DNA of 64,000 bases, taken from a bacterium. GTDB taxonomy: Bacteria; Patescibacteriota; Minisyncoccia; Moranbacterales; UBA2206. A model generated the notes under the pieces. The model was not told where the DNA came from and did no database searches. It saw only the letters and a program-made list of their open reading frames with translations. Position 1 is the first letter of the stretch, and every line of letters begins with the position of its first letter. Below, in pieces: positions 19,169-29,286 of this stretch. Made by a program: the position numbers and the translations under genes. Where the stretch lies: assembly GCA_021785125.1 (NCBI GenBank), contig JAJYGF010000013.1:41413-105412 (forward strand), written 5' to 3'.

Positions 19169-19296
19169 GGGTGGTGGGAAGTTAGAATTAAAATATAAAA
19201 CACTTGCTTTTTTAGTTTTTTTACACTAACCTTTTTGATATGGTAAAGGACATTCCAAACTAAATAAGAGGAGATAAAACGTGGATACGACGGATA

Positions 19297-19626
19297 ATGG
19301 TTAAAATAGACTTGCGTGGGAAGACGGCAGAAGAAGTCGCTGCTTTAGTCAAGAAACACGACTTTGGAACCGGCGAAATCGGCAAGGGAACGCATCTGTG
19401 GTTGCCGCTGTCTCTAGAATACAAAGAAGTCGTTATAGTTTGGCTTAATGACAAGGCGGCAAGTTGCTACAAAAAAGACAAGGGTGATTTGCCAGCCAAA
19501 GTCACCTACACTTTATGGAACGGAAAAGAGTCTCAGCCAAGGCAAGGGGATGACCTTCATGGTTTCATCAAGGTAGATGGCGGCATAGACTGGGGTAAGG
19601 CACATACAATGAACCTTATGCGGTAA
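19297..19626 (+). CDS. Hypothetical protein
   Basis: 109-aa ORF, higher GC than neighbours. Confidence 0.3.
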   Translation: MVKIDLRGKTAEEVAALVKKHDFGTGEIGKGTHLWLPLSLEYKEVVIVWLNDKAASCYKKDKGDLPAKVTYTLWNGKESQPRQGDDLHGFIKVDGGIDWGKAHTMNLMR

Positions 19627-19671
19627 AGTTTATAACCATAAACATTCTATTCTTCCGAAAGGAGACAGGCT

Positions 19672-20373
19672 ATGACTATTAAGAAAGATAAAGGAGGAGT
19701 TGGGGAGGCAGAAACGAAACTGCGTGTAATTGGTGCGGACGAAATGCTCTCGCTGTCTCTGCCAGCAACACTGGTTTTGACAGATAAGACGGATGAGAAA
19801 ACTCCCGCAGGATTTCAGAAAGTCCTTGTGGGCGGCGTGCTGTTTGCTCCTGGGAATATACTCGGCGACGACGATGTGGTCAGGCTGGACTGCCAGATTA
19901 TAATTGTGCCGAAAAGGAGGAGAGGAGGATATAAATACAAAGGCGCAACCCTGGAGATTATCTTGACCGATTCGGAGGCGAGTTTTGCCAAAGATGAGAA
20001 CTGGTCAAGGGAGATGCCTTTTGAAAAGACCTGTGACAAAGGTTTCGATATCGAGAAGGCCGTAGAAGTGGCTGGCAAGATGATGGATAGGTGTATGCGG
20101 GAAAGCCGTGCGAGATATAAGAGGTTATGCGACCTACTTATCCCGCTTCTCACACCCAAGACCGTCAGCAAGATTATAAAAAAGAAAAAGGAGGACTATG
20201 TTTTTTACAAACAGACACCGCCTTCGGATGACAGGCTCTTACGGGACCATCTCGAACATCTGATAAACGAGTTCGACTGCAATATCCACTACCTGGAGGA
20301 TAGCGAGATGGCCGACTTCGCCAAGACGGTTAACAAAAACCATTCGCCTGTTTTCTATGACGGGCTGGATTAA
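19672..20373 (+). CDS. Hypothetical protein
   Basis: AAAGGAGA RBS 7 nt upstream; 233 aa; followed by two hairpin terminators. Confidence 0.45.
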   Translation: MTIKKDKGGVGEAETKLRVIGADEMLSLSLPATLVLTDKTDEKTPAGFQKVLVGGVLFAPGNILGDDDVVRLDCQIIIVPKRRRGGYKYKGATLEIILTDSEASFAKDENWSREMPFEKTCDKGFDIEKAVEVAGKMMDRCMRESRARYKRLCDLLIPLLTPKTVSKIIKKKKEDYVFYKQTPPSDDRLLRDHLEHLINEFDCNIHYLEDSEMADFAKTVNKNHSPVFYDGLD

Positions 20374-20526
20374 GCTTCGGAAGGCAAAACGAAGACAGTT
20401 AGGAGGGATTTGGTTGTAGAATTATTTGCAATTTAGATCCCTCTTTTTATTTTTCTCTAAATATATAGTGAGTAACCCCCGTGAGGCCTCTTTTTTGTTC
20501 CAATTTTTTTGTGATAAAATAGACAC

Positions 20527-21237
20527 ATGAAAACAAAAAAGAGAAAAAGAAAAAATAACAGAAAGGTCATGGCGGTTATTGTCGGAATATCGGTGCTGGC
20601 GGTGATCATCGGCTGGTCGATCTGGTTCAGCTATCGAAAGCCGCAGACTGTCTGGCAAGACCTGTTGTCGCGTGTCGGATATGACAGGCCGGCCGCGGAC
20701 GCATCAAGCCAGACCGTCTTTTTGGGAGACAGCATCACGGCGCATGAGGATTGGGGCGTGCTGTTCGGAGTTACATTCATTATGAATGATGGCATTTCAG
20801 GCGATACGACGGATGATGTTTTGGCCAGATTGGATCCGGCCACGAGTGCCAAGCCCAAAAAATTATTCCTGATGATCGGTATCAATGATTTTTTGCGGGG
20901 AAAAGACGTCGCTTATGTCTGGAACAATTATCAGAAAATAATAAGCGGGATACGGTCGGAATCGCCCGATACGACCGTTTATATGCAAAGCGTTCTGCCG
21001 GTGAATAACGATATTTCAAAATTAAGATATGGGACGGTGGATCCGCAAAAGATTCTGGAGCTGAACAACAAGATTAAGTCATTGGCGGATGGCAACAAGC
21101 TTATCTTTCTTGATTTGTATCCGTCTTTCTGCGGTTCCGACAATAAATTATACCCGCAATACTCCGCGGACGGATTGCATCCCAATTCCCACGGCTATGC
21201 TCTTTGGGAAAAATTGATAGCCCCATATGTGAAATAA
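20527..21237 (+). CDS. SGNH/GDSL-family hydrolase with N-terminal signal anchor
   Basis: Blocks FLGDSIT (Ser), GINDF (Gly/Asn), DGLHPN (Asp-x-x-His). Confidence 0.75.
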   Translation: MKTKKRKRKNNRKVMAVIVGISVLAVIIGWSIWFSYRKPQTVWQDLLSRVGYDRPAADASSQTVFLGDSITAHEDWGVLFGVTFIMNDGISGDTTDDVLARLDPATSAKPKKLFLMIGINDFLRGKDVAYVWNNYQKIISGIRSESPDTTVYMQSVLPVNNDISKLRYGTVDPQKILELNNKIKSLADGNKLIFLDLYPSFCGSDNKLYPQYSADGLHPNSHGYALWEKLIAPYVK

Positions 21238-21288
21238 AGAATCAGGAAATTTTTCCTCACATTAAAAAAGACCTGGCTGTCTTTCTTT

Positions 21289-22428
21289 TCAGTTTTTGCC
21301 AAAAGCCAAATTTATCCTGTTTCGCATCGGCACTTCGAACAGATAATAAGTTAGGGAAGAGACGGAGATGACAATGGCCAGGAAGACCGAGGCGTAGATC
21401 CAAGCGGCAGTCCAGCCGAGATCGCTCATCTTTACCAGGGGATATTTTTTCAGGAAATTGAGAAGAAAGAACATGATGGGCAGGTGCATGAGATAAAGCG
21501 AGTAAGAAATGTCGCCAAGATAGACCAATGGCTTTATATTAAGAATGCGCTTGCCGAAGCCTTCGGCATAGACGCTGACCAAAATAAGGACGGCCAAAGC
21601 GATGATCGGAACAAGGTCTGGCATGGAAAAACTGGTCATAAGCAGGACAATGCCGATCACTGACAGCAGCCAGACGATATCTTTTTTCAAATAGCGCCGG
21701 CCCCAGCCGATGCGGTACAGCTCATATAACAGCATGCCGAAAAAGAAACCGAAGAAAGCGCGCACGAAACCGAAATCATAAGTGACGTCCAGGGTGTATT
21801 TTCTGGGATCGAGCGAGCCGTTGGTGGCGAGTGATAACGGATAGAGATAATAGATTACGAACAAATAGCCAGATATCACCCCGAAAAAAAGAAAGATTTT
21901 TTTCCAGTCGGTAATTTTTCGGAAAGGGATGAGGAGGAACGGAAAGACGACATACATCCACCATTCGACGCTGATCGACCAGGAGGCGCTGACCCAGGAA
22001 AGATTTTTGAACAAGCCCATGGACTGGACAAGCAGAAGCTGGGCCCAAATGGCGTGGAAATTGAAAGTGTAGAGGTAATCGCTCGGGTAAAGGGTGAAGT
22101 TGGTGCGATACCAGAAATATAGGGCAACCATGGTGAGGAGCGAAAATATGTGGAGCGGATAGATGCGGGCGAACCGCGACTGCATGAACTTTTTGAAATT
22201 CCCTCGGACATTTTCTTTAAATGATTCGGAATAGACGTGCATCATGATGAAGCCGGAAAGCAGGAAGAAGAAATCCACCCACAAGTAGCCTCTTTGGATG
22301 AAGCGGTCGAAAGAGCCGTCCCAAGGCGCCAGCGCAAAGCAGAAAACATTGAAATGGAGAAGGATGACCAAAAGCGCGGCAATGCCGCGAAGAGAGGTGA
22401 GTGAAGAGAGATAGTTTGCTTTTTTCAT
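21289..22428 (-). CDS. Acyltransferase family 3 (OafA-like) membrane O-acyltransferase
   Basis: LRGIAALLVILLH N-terminal signature, ~10 TM helices. Confidence 0.75.
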   Translation of the reverse strand: MKKANYLSSLTSLRGIAALLVILLHFNVFCFALAPWDGSFDRFIQRGYLWVDFFFLLSGFIMMHVYSESFKENVRGNFKKFMQSRFARIYPLHIFSLLTMVALYFWYRTNFTLYPSDYLYTFNFHAIWAQLLLVQSMGLFKNLSWVSASWSISVEWWMYVVFPFLLIPFRKITDWKKIFLFFGVISGYLFVIYYLYPLSLATNGSLDPRKYTLDVTYDFGFVRAFFGFFFGMLLYELYRIGWGRRYLKKDIVWLLSVIGIVLLMTSFSMPDLVPIIALAVLILVSVYAEGFGKRILNIKPLVYLGDISYSLYLMHLPIMFFLLNFLKKYPLVKMSDLGWTAAWIYASVFLAIVISVSSLTYYLFEVPMRNRINLAFGKN

Positions 22429-22704
22429 ATCCAGTTTATGTTTAAAATCCTGTTTGCTATTATATAATCCTGGGTCCGAAGAGTAAAGCTTGCCGCAAAA
22501 AGCGCTTCTGTTTTTTTTAAAGGCTTCGGCTATGGTAAAATGAATATAAACCAGAATAAAATTTTCAAGATGAAAAAAATATTAGCCATCGAGATGCAAG
22601 CCTAATGGGGCAGGATTGCTTTTTTGCCAAAGTGTGCTATAGTGAAAAGCTGGTTGAAAAAAGAACGTTTTTTAAAAATCACCAAAACTGCTTAAGGAGG
22701 CAAC

Positions 22705-23052
22705 TTGATAAACCTCAGGCTTTTGGCGCGAATGATCAAGCAAGGTTCGGAAGCGGAGATACACAGCTTTATCCAATATACGCTGAAAAGATGCATTAGG
22801 ATCAAACTTCGCTATCATCTGAAATGCAACGCGAAGCTGGGAATCTCCGCCTTTACTGAGGAAGTGAAAGATCTTCTTGACGTGTTTGAGGAAATAGTCA
22901 GGTGGAGCGGGGAGGAGGATGAACTTATTAAGATACATGCCATATCTCTTATCGAAGAATATGGCATAAAAGTGCCAGGTGAGGCTTTTGAGGGAGCGGT
23001 GGAAAAAATTATCAAAGAGGTATGCAAAGCAAGGAGAAGAAAGGGCCGGTGA
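22705..23052 (+). CDS. Hypothetical protein (TTG start)
   Basis: AAGGAGG RBS 5 nt upstream of TTG; 115 aa. Confidence 0.4.
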   Translation: MINLRLLARMIKQGSEAEIHSFIQYTLKRCIRIKLRYHLKCNAKLGISAFTEEVKDLLDVFEEIVRWSGEEDELIKIHAISLIEEYGIKVPGEAFEGAVEKIIKEVCKARRRKGR

Positions 23053-23412
23053 AAAGTTTTCACGGCCCTTTAAATTTGCCTATTTTGCTTGTGTATATTT
23101 CTAACCGATGCAGTTCCAGATGAGCGACATCATGCTCCTGAACATTTCGACGATGGCCGGCTGTTCGATCAGCTATAACGGTTCGACAGGAGCCTCCGCT
23201 TTCAAGACGCTCGGCAAGGAATACGCCATGTTGTACGCGAGACGAAACCTTTCCTCGGAGCTGTCGATATCGTGTCGGCCCAGGTGTTCTATACCTGGAA
23301 ATAGCTAGAAGTCTTTTAAAAGGCCCTCGCAGGCAACAGTTTTGCGGGGCTTGATTTTTTCATAAAGCTATTTATAATGTAAAATTAAGGATAAATAAAT
23401 TGTATAAAATAT

Positions 23413-23826
23413 ATGCCTATGAATGCATGTAGTAGTACGGAAAATTTTGGTGAGCATGTAATGATTGATGGATATGGCGGAGATCCCGAAAGATTAAACG
23501 ATAAGGATTTGGTAATGCTTTCTCTTGTGGAATTGCCTCATCAGCTTGGAATGAAAAGATTGTCGGATCCATTAGTGCTTGAAGCTCAAAGTAATAACGC
23601 TAAAGACCCTGGAGGATGGAGCGGGATTGTCATTATTGCGGAAAGCCATATTAGTGTTCATACTTTTCCAAAGAGGAAGTTTGTTAGTATTGATGTTTAT
23701 ACATGTATGAATGGTTTGAATCGCGATTTTATTAAAAATTATTTTCGAGAGATATTTAAATTGGAGGATATTGAGGAAAATTTTGTGCGGAGGGGAACGC
23801 GATATCCTATGCACAATCTTTGTTAA
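23413..23826 (+). CDS. speH: S-adenosylmethionine decarboxylase proenzyme (small pyruvoyl type, SpeH-like)
   Basis: MIDGYGGDPERLND, cleavage/pyruvoyl site AESHISVHTFPK, VSIDVYTC. Confidence 0.8.
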   Translation: MPMNACSSTENFGEHVMIDGYGGDPERLNDKDLVMLSLVELPHQLGMKRLSDPLVLEAQSNNAKDPGGWSGIVIIAESHISVHTFPKRKFVSIDVYTCMNGLNRDFIKNYFREIFKLEDIEENFVRRGTRYPMHNLC

Positions 23827-23842
23827 TCTGTGCTAATTATAA

Positions 23843-23878
23843 AGGGGCGTCTACTGTAGACGCCCCTTCTTTTTCTCT
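23843..23878. terminator. Bidirectional terminator AGGGGCGTCTAC-TG-TAGACGCCCCT + T-run
   Basis: Perfect 11-bp inverted repeat between convergent genes; arms resemble the REP element arms. Confidence 0.6.
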
Positions 23879-24356
23879 ACCCGAATTTCAGGGCAAGAAA
23901 GATAACCACGGTGGCCAGGGCTTCAAGTGAAACTTCCATGACCGCCGAATAGAATATGAACCGGGGAAGCTTTCTTCCACCGATAATGAGGAGGTAAGCG
24001 GGACTCACGAAGGAGACGCCTCTATTCATGGCGAACCCTACCCAACCGATAATTCCGATCACATGCATGGTCTTTACATCGAAGTGCTCAACCACGCTGA
24101 AGAATTTTACGACCTCCAGCCTGGTCAGGTCCTGCATGACATTGACTCCCATGGCTGAAAGGATCATCACGACGCCCACTATCCAGAAAACTTCGACCGA
24201 CCCAATCAGGGTTAAGTAGACTTTAAGCGATACGCCCGACTCTTCCCTTATCTCCTTCCTTTTGGCGACGATGCCTAAGGTAATGAACACCACTATGACG
24301 CCGGTAGCCAAAGCCGCACCATCTAGTATGAGCTTCTGAAGCTCGCTTAACTGCAT
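23877..24356 (-). CDS. Hypothetical membrane protein
   Basis: 159 aa, 4-5 TM helices; abuts upstream gene (operon). Confidence 0.45.
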   Translation of the reverse strand: MQLSELQKLILDGAALATGVIVVFITLGIVAKRKEIREESGVSLKVYLTLIGSVEVFWIVGVVMILSAMGVNVMQDLTRLEVVKFFSVVEHFDVKTMHVIGIIGWVGFAMNRGVSFVSPAYLLIIGGRKLPRFIFYSAVMEVSLEALATVVIFLALKFG

Positions 24357-25139
24357 TCAAGCCTCCCTTCTCTGTGGGGATCCCAGAAACAGCAGTTTTC
24401 CTATGAATCGGATTAAGGGTTTAAGAAAAGGCAGAGCCTCGGTGGTCCTATAAAGCGGGTTGCTCCACTTTATCAAGACTCCGTAGTTCAAGCTGTCCGG
24501 GTCGTCCATGTACTCCGGGATTACTTCCACGATCTCGAAGCCGTCCTTCATGTAGAAGTAAAGCTCTGGGTCGAGTGGCTTCCCGTTGGCTCGCTTGCCG
24601 AAAACGTAGTCTTCCACCTTCATGTCCATGTTCTTCCGGTAGCCGGGAATACGCGCGCCCAGGTATACGGCTTTAAGGCCTTGGCCAATGACGCCGTCGA
24701 ATATGGCCGCCAGAACCAGTTTGTCCGAAAGTTTCTTGGGCGCTTCCCGTGTAACCGTCAGGTCCACTCCGAACCCGACGTCGCCTTCCGGCCGGTGGGT
24801 CGTGAGATATCCGTCACCCGTCTTTTCGAGCCACGACTTGTTTCTGTGAAGAAGGTCCTCTGTGGTGAAGATGTTTGTGAGCGTCGCCATCATCTTGCCG
24901 TTTGAAAAGGCACAGTAGATGATGTGCGGGCAGGTATTGAAATGCTTCTTCACGCGTTTCTCGGTCCAGAGATACTCCTCCTTGGTTAATGTTCCCCAGA
25001 CTTCCTGGTTGATCCTCACGAATTCCTTCGCGAGGTAGTCGATCTCGAACCCGCTTGCGAGCAGGTTGCTCACTTTCGCGACAACCAAGCCGCTTTTCGC
25101 CTTCCGGATATTCCAAAAGGCTTGTATTTTATTCCTCAT
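24357..25139 (-). CDS. Hypothetical protein, possibly GNAT-fold acyltransferase-like
   Basis: ~260 aa soluble protein; start likely internal MRNKIQ; no firm motif assignment. Confidence 0.35.
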   Translation of the reverse strand: MRNKIQAFWNIRKAKSGLVVAKVSNLLASGFEIDYLAKEFVRINQEVWGTLTKEEYLWTEKRVKKHFNTCPHIIYCAFSNGKMMATLTNIFTTEDLLHRNKSWLEKTGDGYLTTHRPEGDVGFGVDLTVTREAPKKLSDKLVLAAIFDGVIGQGLKAVYLGARIPGYRKNMDMKVEDYVFGKRANGKPLDPELYFYMKDGFEIVEVIPEYMDDPDSLNYGVLIKWSNPLYRTTEALPFLKPLIRFIGKLLFLGSPQRREA

Positions 25140-25256
25140 AATTTCACCTCCAGTTTGAAAGAACACGACTTTTAATCATACTATATATTTTATGATTTGT
25201 CAAACAAATTATTATATAATATACTTTCACAAAGAGATTAATCAAATCAATTATTT

Positions 25257-26930
25257 ATGGGAAATGACTTCATAACATTTTTATTAGTCGTTATTTTTAT
25301 CTTATCTTTAGGTTGGATTATTTTTTTAAAAAACAGAAAAAATAAAATTGCGCAAGCATTTTTATTTTTTTCAATTACTATGGCAATTTGGGTTTTTAGT
25401 AATTACATGGAGGATGCTGTATCGATTGGGTATATGAAAAATTTTTTGCTAAGAATGGATTTTGTCTCAGCTGCTTTTATGAGTTTCTCATTTTTATTAT
25501 TTTCTTATAATTTTTCAAAAGATTTTTTTAAATTTAAAATAAAGATCTACGGTATTGTTTTTTTAGTTTTGACACTTATTTTTGTCGCTCAGATTTTTTT
25601 TGGTAAACTTGTAATTTCTGGAACAGAGTTATTTTCCGGTGTTATTAATCCAATTTATGGACCTATATATTATTTCTACATCGCATTTAACTTGTTAAAT
25701 ATTTTTTTGGGTTTGTTATTGCTTGTAGTCAAATATAAGAAAGAATCTCGCGATACGAGACATCAAACTTTATTTATTTTCATAGGATTTTTTTTGATGA
25801 TTGTCACTGTATTTATAACCAATGTACTGTTGCCAAATTTTATTGAAACGCAGTCAGACTTTCTATTTATCTCTCGATTGGGTATCTATAGTGGATTAAT
25901 TCTGGCTGGTTTTATGAGTTATTCTGTAGCGAAAACTAGTTTTTTGAATATGAAAGTAATTTCCGCCCAATTGTTTTCGGTGGCAATGGTCTTGGTCTTT
26001 TTTCTTCAATTATTTTCTTTACAAACTAAATCAGATTTATTTTTTAAGGTTGTATTTTTATTTATAGTAATTTATTTTTCAAAAATGATTGTATCCTCAG
26101 TTAAATCTGAAGTTCAGCGAAAGGAAGAGCTTCAATTGATGTCCGACAAGCTGGCGCAGGCCAATGACCAATTGCGTAAACTGGACAATGCCAAGTCGGA
26201 ATTTATTTCCATCGCCTCGCACCAGCTACGCACGCCGCTGACAGCCATCAAGGGCTTCATCTCGCTCATGCTGGAAGGCTCATACGGCAAAATGGCGCCG
26301 GAGCAGGTGGATGTCTTGAACAAGGTATATTCCAGCAACGAGCGTTTGGTCAATCTGGTCGAGGACCTCTTGAACATCTCCCGCATCGAATCCGGTCGCA
26401 TGGAATTCCAATTCGACAAATGGCAGATCGAGAATATCTGCCAAGAAGTGATCGACACTTTCGTTCTGAAGGCGAAGGAACACAAATTGTACTTGGAATA
26501 CAAAAAACCGAACCAGCCGTTGCCGGAACTGATCATTGACGGCGTGAAAGTCAGGGAGGTCATTTCCAATCTGGTGGACAATGCCATCAAGTATACTTTG
26601 GAAGGCAAGGGCGGCGTCACTTTGAAGGTGGAACAGCGAGGAGAAAGCATCCGGGTGACAGTTTCCGACACGGGCATCGGCATCCCGGAGAGCGAATTGC
26701 CATATCTGTTCGCCAAGTTCTCGCGCGGCAAAGACACGTCGCGTCTCAACACGGGCGGCACCGGATTGGGACTCTATGTCGGCAAGACCATGATTGAGAA
26801 CAACGGCGGCAAGATCTGGGCCGAATCGGACGGCCAAGGCCTGGGCTCGCGCTTCATCATCGAACTGCCGATCGTCAAGCACAAGGAAGAAGCGGAAGAG
26901 CGCCTGCAGAAGTTTATCAATAAGATTTAA
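25257..26930 (+). CDS. Sensor histidine kinase with multi-TM N-terminal sensor domain
   Basis: ~8 TM helices then HisKA (SIASHQLRTPLTAIKGF) and HATPase_c (N, G1 DTGIGI, G2 GGTGLGL boxes). Confidence 0.85.
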   Translation: MGNDFITFLLVVIFILSLGWIIFLKNRKNKIAQAFLFFSITMAIWVFSNYMEDAVSIGYMKNFLLRMDFVSAAFMSFSFLLFSYNFSKDFFKFKIKIYGIVFLVLTLIFVAQIFFGKLVISGTELFSGVINPIYGPIYYFYIAFNLLNIFLGLLLLVVKYKKESRDTRHQTLFIFIGFFLMIVTVFITNVLLPNFIETQSDFLFISRLGIYSGLILAGFMSYSVAKTSFLNMKVISAQLFSVAMVLVFFLQLFSLQTKSDLFFKVVFLFIVIYFSKMIVSSVKSEVQRKEELQLMSDKLAQANDQLRKLDNAKSEFISIASHQLRTPLTAIKGFISLMLEGSYGKMAPEQVDVLNKVYSSNERLVNLVEDLLNISRIESGRMEFQFDKWQIENICQEVIDTFVLKAKEHKLYLEYKKPNQPLPELIIDGVKVREVISNLVDNAIKYTLEGKGGVTLKVEQRGESIRVTVSDTGIGIPESELPYLFAKFSRGKDTSRLNTGGTGLGLYVGKTMIENNGGKIWAESDGQGLGSRFIIELPIVKHKEEAEERLQKFINKI

Positions 26931-26934
26931 ATAC

Positions 26935-27615
26935 ATGATTCTGACGATGATCCATCTCATCCTGGCTTTAGCCATGCTTCTGGCGGCTATCGCCGTCTTT
27001 TTCAAATGGCGGTCGGACAAATTCGACCGGCAGTCGCCGGTGAAATATTTTTTCTGGTTCTTCGCCTTCTTCGCGGTCGCGCATTTTTCGCTGTCATTGC
27101 CACTCATCCTGACCGGTGACCCGGAGGCCATGCGCTGGGGATATGATCTTTCCATCTTCTTCGTGTTTGTGATGATCGCGATCTTTTCCCGGATCTGGGT
27201 CTATTTCTCCGGCTTTTCCATGAAAAAGACCCTGCATGCGCCGTTTGCGATCATGGCCGTGGGCTTGGTGGTCCTTCTGATCGAAGCCAGATATGCAGGC
27301 TTGCCGTCCATCGATGGAAACATGGTTGTTTGGAATGCGGCACCGGCAGCTTCTCTACTCATTGTGTCGCTCGCGTTTCTGAGCAGTTTTGCTTTGTCAT
27401 ATTCCTTAATCCGCAGTCTGATGAAGGGAATCGATCCGACATCTCGGCTGAAGCTTTTTCTCATCAATCTCAGCGTGATCAGCATCGGCATCTCCGGATT
27501 GTATTTCATCGCCAGCGGCTGGACGGCCATCATAACCGCGCTGGCTTTCAATTTCCTCGGCGCCATCTCCGCCGCCAGCGCGTTCATGATGAAGGAGGAA
27601 AAAGTGAAGGCATAG
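26935..27615 (+). CDS. Hypothetical polytopic membrane protein
   Basis: Starts 5 nt after the kinase stop; six TM helices. Confidence 0.45.
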   Translation: MILTMIHLILALAMLLAAIAVFFKWRSDKFDRQSPVKYFFWFFAFFAVAHFSLSLPLILTGDPEAMRWGYDLSIFFVFVMIAIFSRIWVYFSGFSMKKTLHAPFAIMAVGLVVLLIEARYAGLPSIDGNMVVWNAAPAASLLIVSLAFLSSFALSYSLIRSLMKGIDPTSRLKLFLINLSVISIGISGLYFIASGWTAIITALAFNFLGAISAASAFMMKEEKVKA

Positions 27616-27685
27616 CGATCGGATCGCAATTTTTTGAAAAGGTATTTTGCTTGGCAAGTGCCTTTTTTTGTATTAAAATACGCAT

Positions 27686-27973
27686 ATGCCCGGTAGTGAA
27701 ACTTCAAGCGCGATTATGTTCTATATTTATGTGTTAGAGAGCTTGAAAAGTAAAAATTTATATACAGGCTATACCAAAGATTTAAGAAATAGATTGAAAG
27801 AACATAATCGCGGATTAAATGAATCAACTAAGCCATATTTGCCATGGAAAGTTATTTACTACGAGGCTTGTTTAAATGAAAAAGACGCAAAAAGAAGAGA
27901 AAAATATTTAAAAACAACACACGGAAGGAGATTATTAAAAAGAAGACTCAAGGAATATTTTTATGAAAAATAA
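27686..27973 (+). CDS. GIY-YIG nuclease-domain protein (UPF0213-like)
   Basis: FYIYVLES...LYTGYTKDLRNRLKEHN GIY-YIG signature; apparently leaderless start. Confidence 0.7.
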   Translation: MPGSETSSAIMFYIYVLESLKSKNLYTGYTKDLRNRLKEHNRGLNESTKPYLPWKVIYYEACLNEKDAKRREKYLKTTHGRRLLKRRLKEYFYEK

Positions 27974-29234
27974 ACTTGAAGTTCTACTACCGGGTATGAA
28001 ACAATCAAAATTATTCACCAAAACTACCAAGGATGCGCCGAAAGACGAGGTGAGCGTGAATGCTCAGCTTCTGATCCGTGCCGGATTCATCGACAAAGAA
28101 ATGGCTGGCGTCTATACGCTTTTGCCATTGGGACTCAGAACGCTGAAAAAGATCGAGAATATCATCCGCGAAGAGATGAACGCGATCGGCGGCCAAGAGA
28201 TTTTGATGCCATCGCTTCATCCGAAAGAAAATTGGCTGAAAACCGGACGCTGGGATACCATGGATGATCTATACAAGGTGAAGGATGCGAGCGGACGCGA
28301 AATGGCACTCGGTCCGACGCATGAAGAAGTGGTCGTGCCGCTCATGCAAAGATTCATCAATTCCTACAAAGACCTGCCATTTGCCGCCTATCAGTTCCAG
28401 ACGAAATTCAGGATGGAACTGCGCGCGAAATCCGGCATCTTGCGCGGGCGAGAATTTGTCATGAAAGATTTATATTCTTTTCATCTGACGGAAAAAGATC
28501 TGGATGAATATTATGAAAAATCCAAGGAAGTGTATTTTAAAATTTTTACCCGTGTCGGATTGAAAGATGTGACGCACCTGACTTTCGCTTCCGGCGGATC
28601 TTTTTCCAAATATTCGCATGAGTTTCAAACAGTAACTCCGGCCGGCGAGGATACGATTTATGTCTGCAGTAAGTGCGGCTTGGCGATCAACAAAGAGATC
28701 AAGGACGAGGTGCATGAATGTCCGGAATGTCAGAACAAGGATTTTATCGAAGAGAAGTCGATTGAAGTGGGAAATATATTCAAATTAATGAACAAGTATT
28801 CCGCGCCTTTTGATCTCAGTGTGAAGGATGAATCCGGCGAAAAGAAAAATGTTCTGATGGGGTGCTATGGCATCGGATTGGGACGCCTGATGGGAACGGT
28901 GGTGGAGGTGCATCATGATGAGAAGGGAATGATCTGGCCGGAAGCGGTCGCGCCGTTCAAAGTGCATCTTTTGAGCTTGAATCAAAACGATAAATCGCAA
29001 GAAATATATGATGCGCTGGCAGAAGCGGGAATCGAAGTTCTGTTTGATGATCGCGAGGCGAATCCGGGTGTGAAGTTTGCGGATGCGGATCTCATCGGCC
29101 TGCCATATCAATTGATCGTGAGCGAAAAGAATCTGAAAGAAAATAAGGTCGAAGTTAAAAATAGAAAAACCGGTGAAGTGGAATATATATCTTTGAGCAG
29201 TTCTGAAGTAGTGAAATATTTTCAGAATAAATAA
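27963..29234 (+). CDS. proS: Prolyl-tRNA synthetase
   Basis: Class II motifs; ProRS-typical catalytic core, zinc-binding CSKCG...CPEC, C-terminal anticodon-binding domain. Confidence 0.85.
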   Translation: MKNKLEVLLPGMKQSKLFTKTTKDAPKDEVSVNAQLLIRAGFIDKEMAGVYTLLPLGLRTLKKIENIIREEMNAIGGQEILMPSLHPKENWLKTGRWDTMDDLYKVKDASGREMALGPTHEEVVVPLMQRFINSYKDLPFAAYQFQTKFRMELRAKSGILRGREFVMKDLYSFHLTEKDLDEYYEKSKEVYFKIFTRVGLKDVTHLTFASGGSFSKYSHEFQTVTPAGEDTIYVCSKCGLAINKEIKDEVHECPECQNKDFIEEKSIEVGNIFKLMNKYSAPFDLSVKDESGEKKNVLMGCYGIGLGRLMGTVVEVHHDEKGMIWPEAVAPFKVHLLSLNQNDKSQEIYDALAEAGIEVLFDDREANPGVKFADADLIGLPYQLIVSEKNLKENKVEVKNRKTGEVEYISLSSSEVVKYFQNK

Positions 29235-29286
29235 AAAGGATATTTGCCGCTCCGCCGAAAACGGGGCGGTTATTTTTATTAAGCCT

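Noticed and set aside
26280-27155. 291-aa minus-strand ORF
   Set aside because: Antisense to the histidine kinase catalytic domain and the following membrane-protein gene; no motifs.
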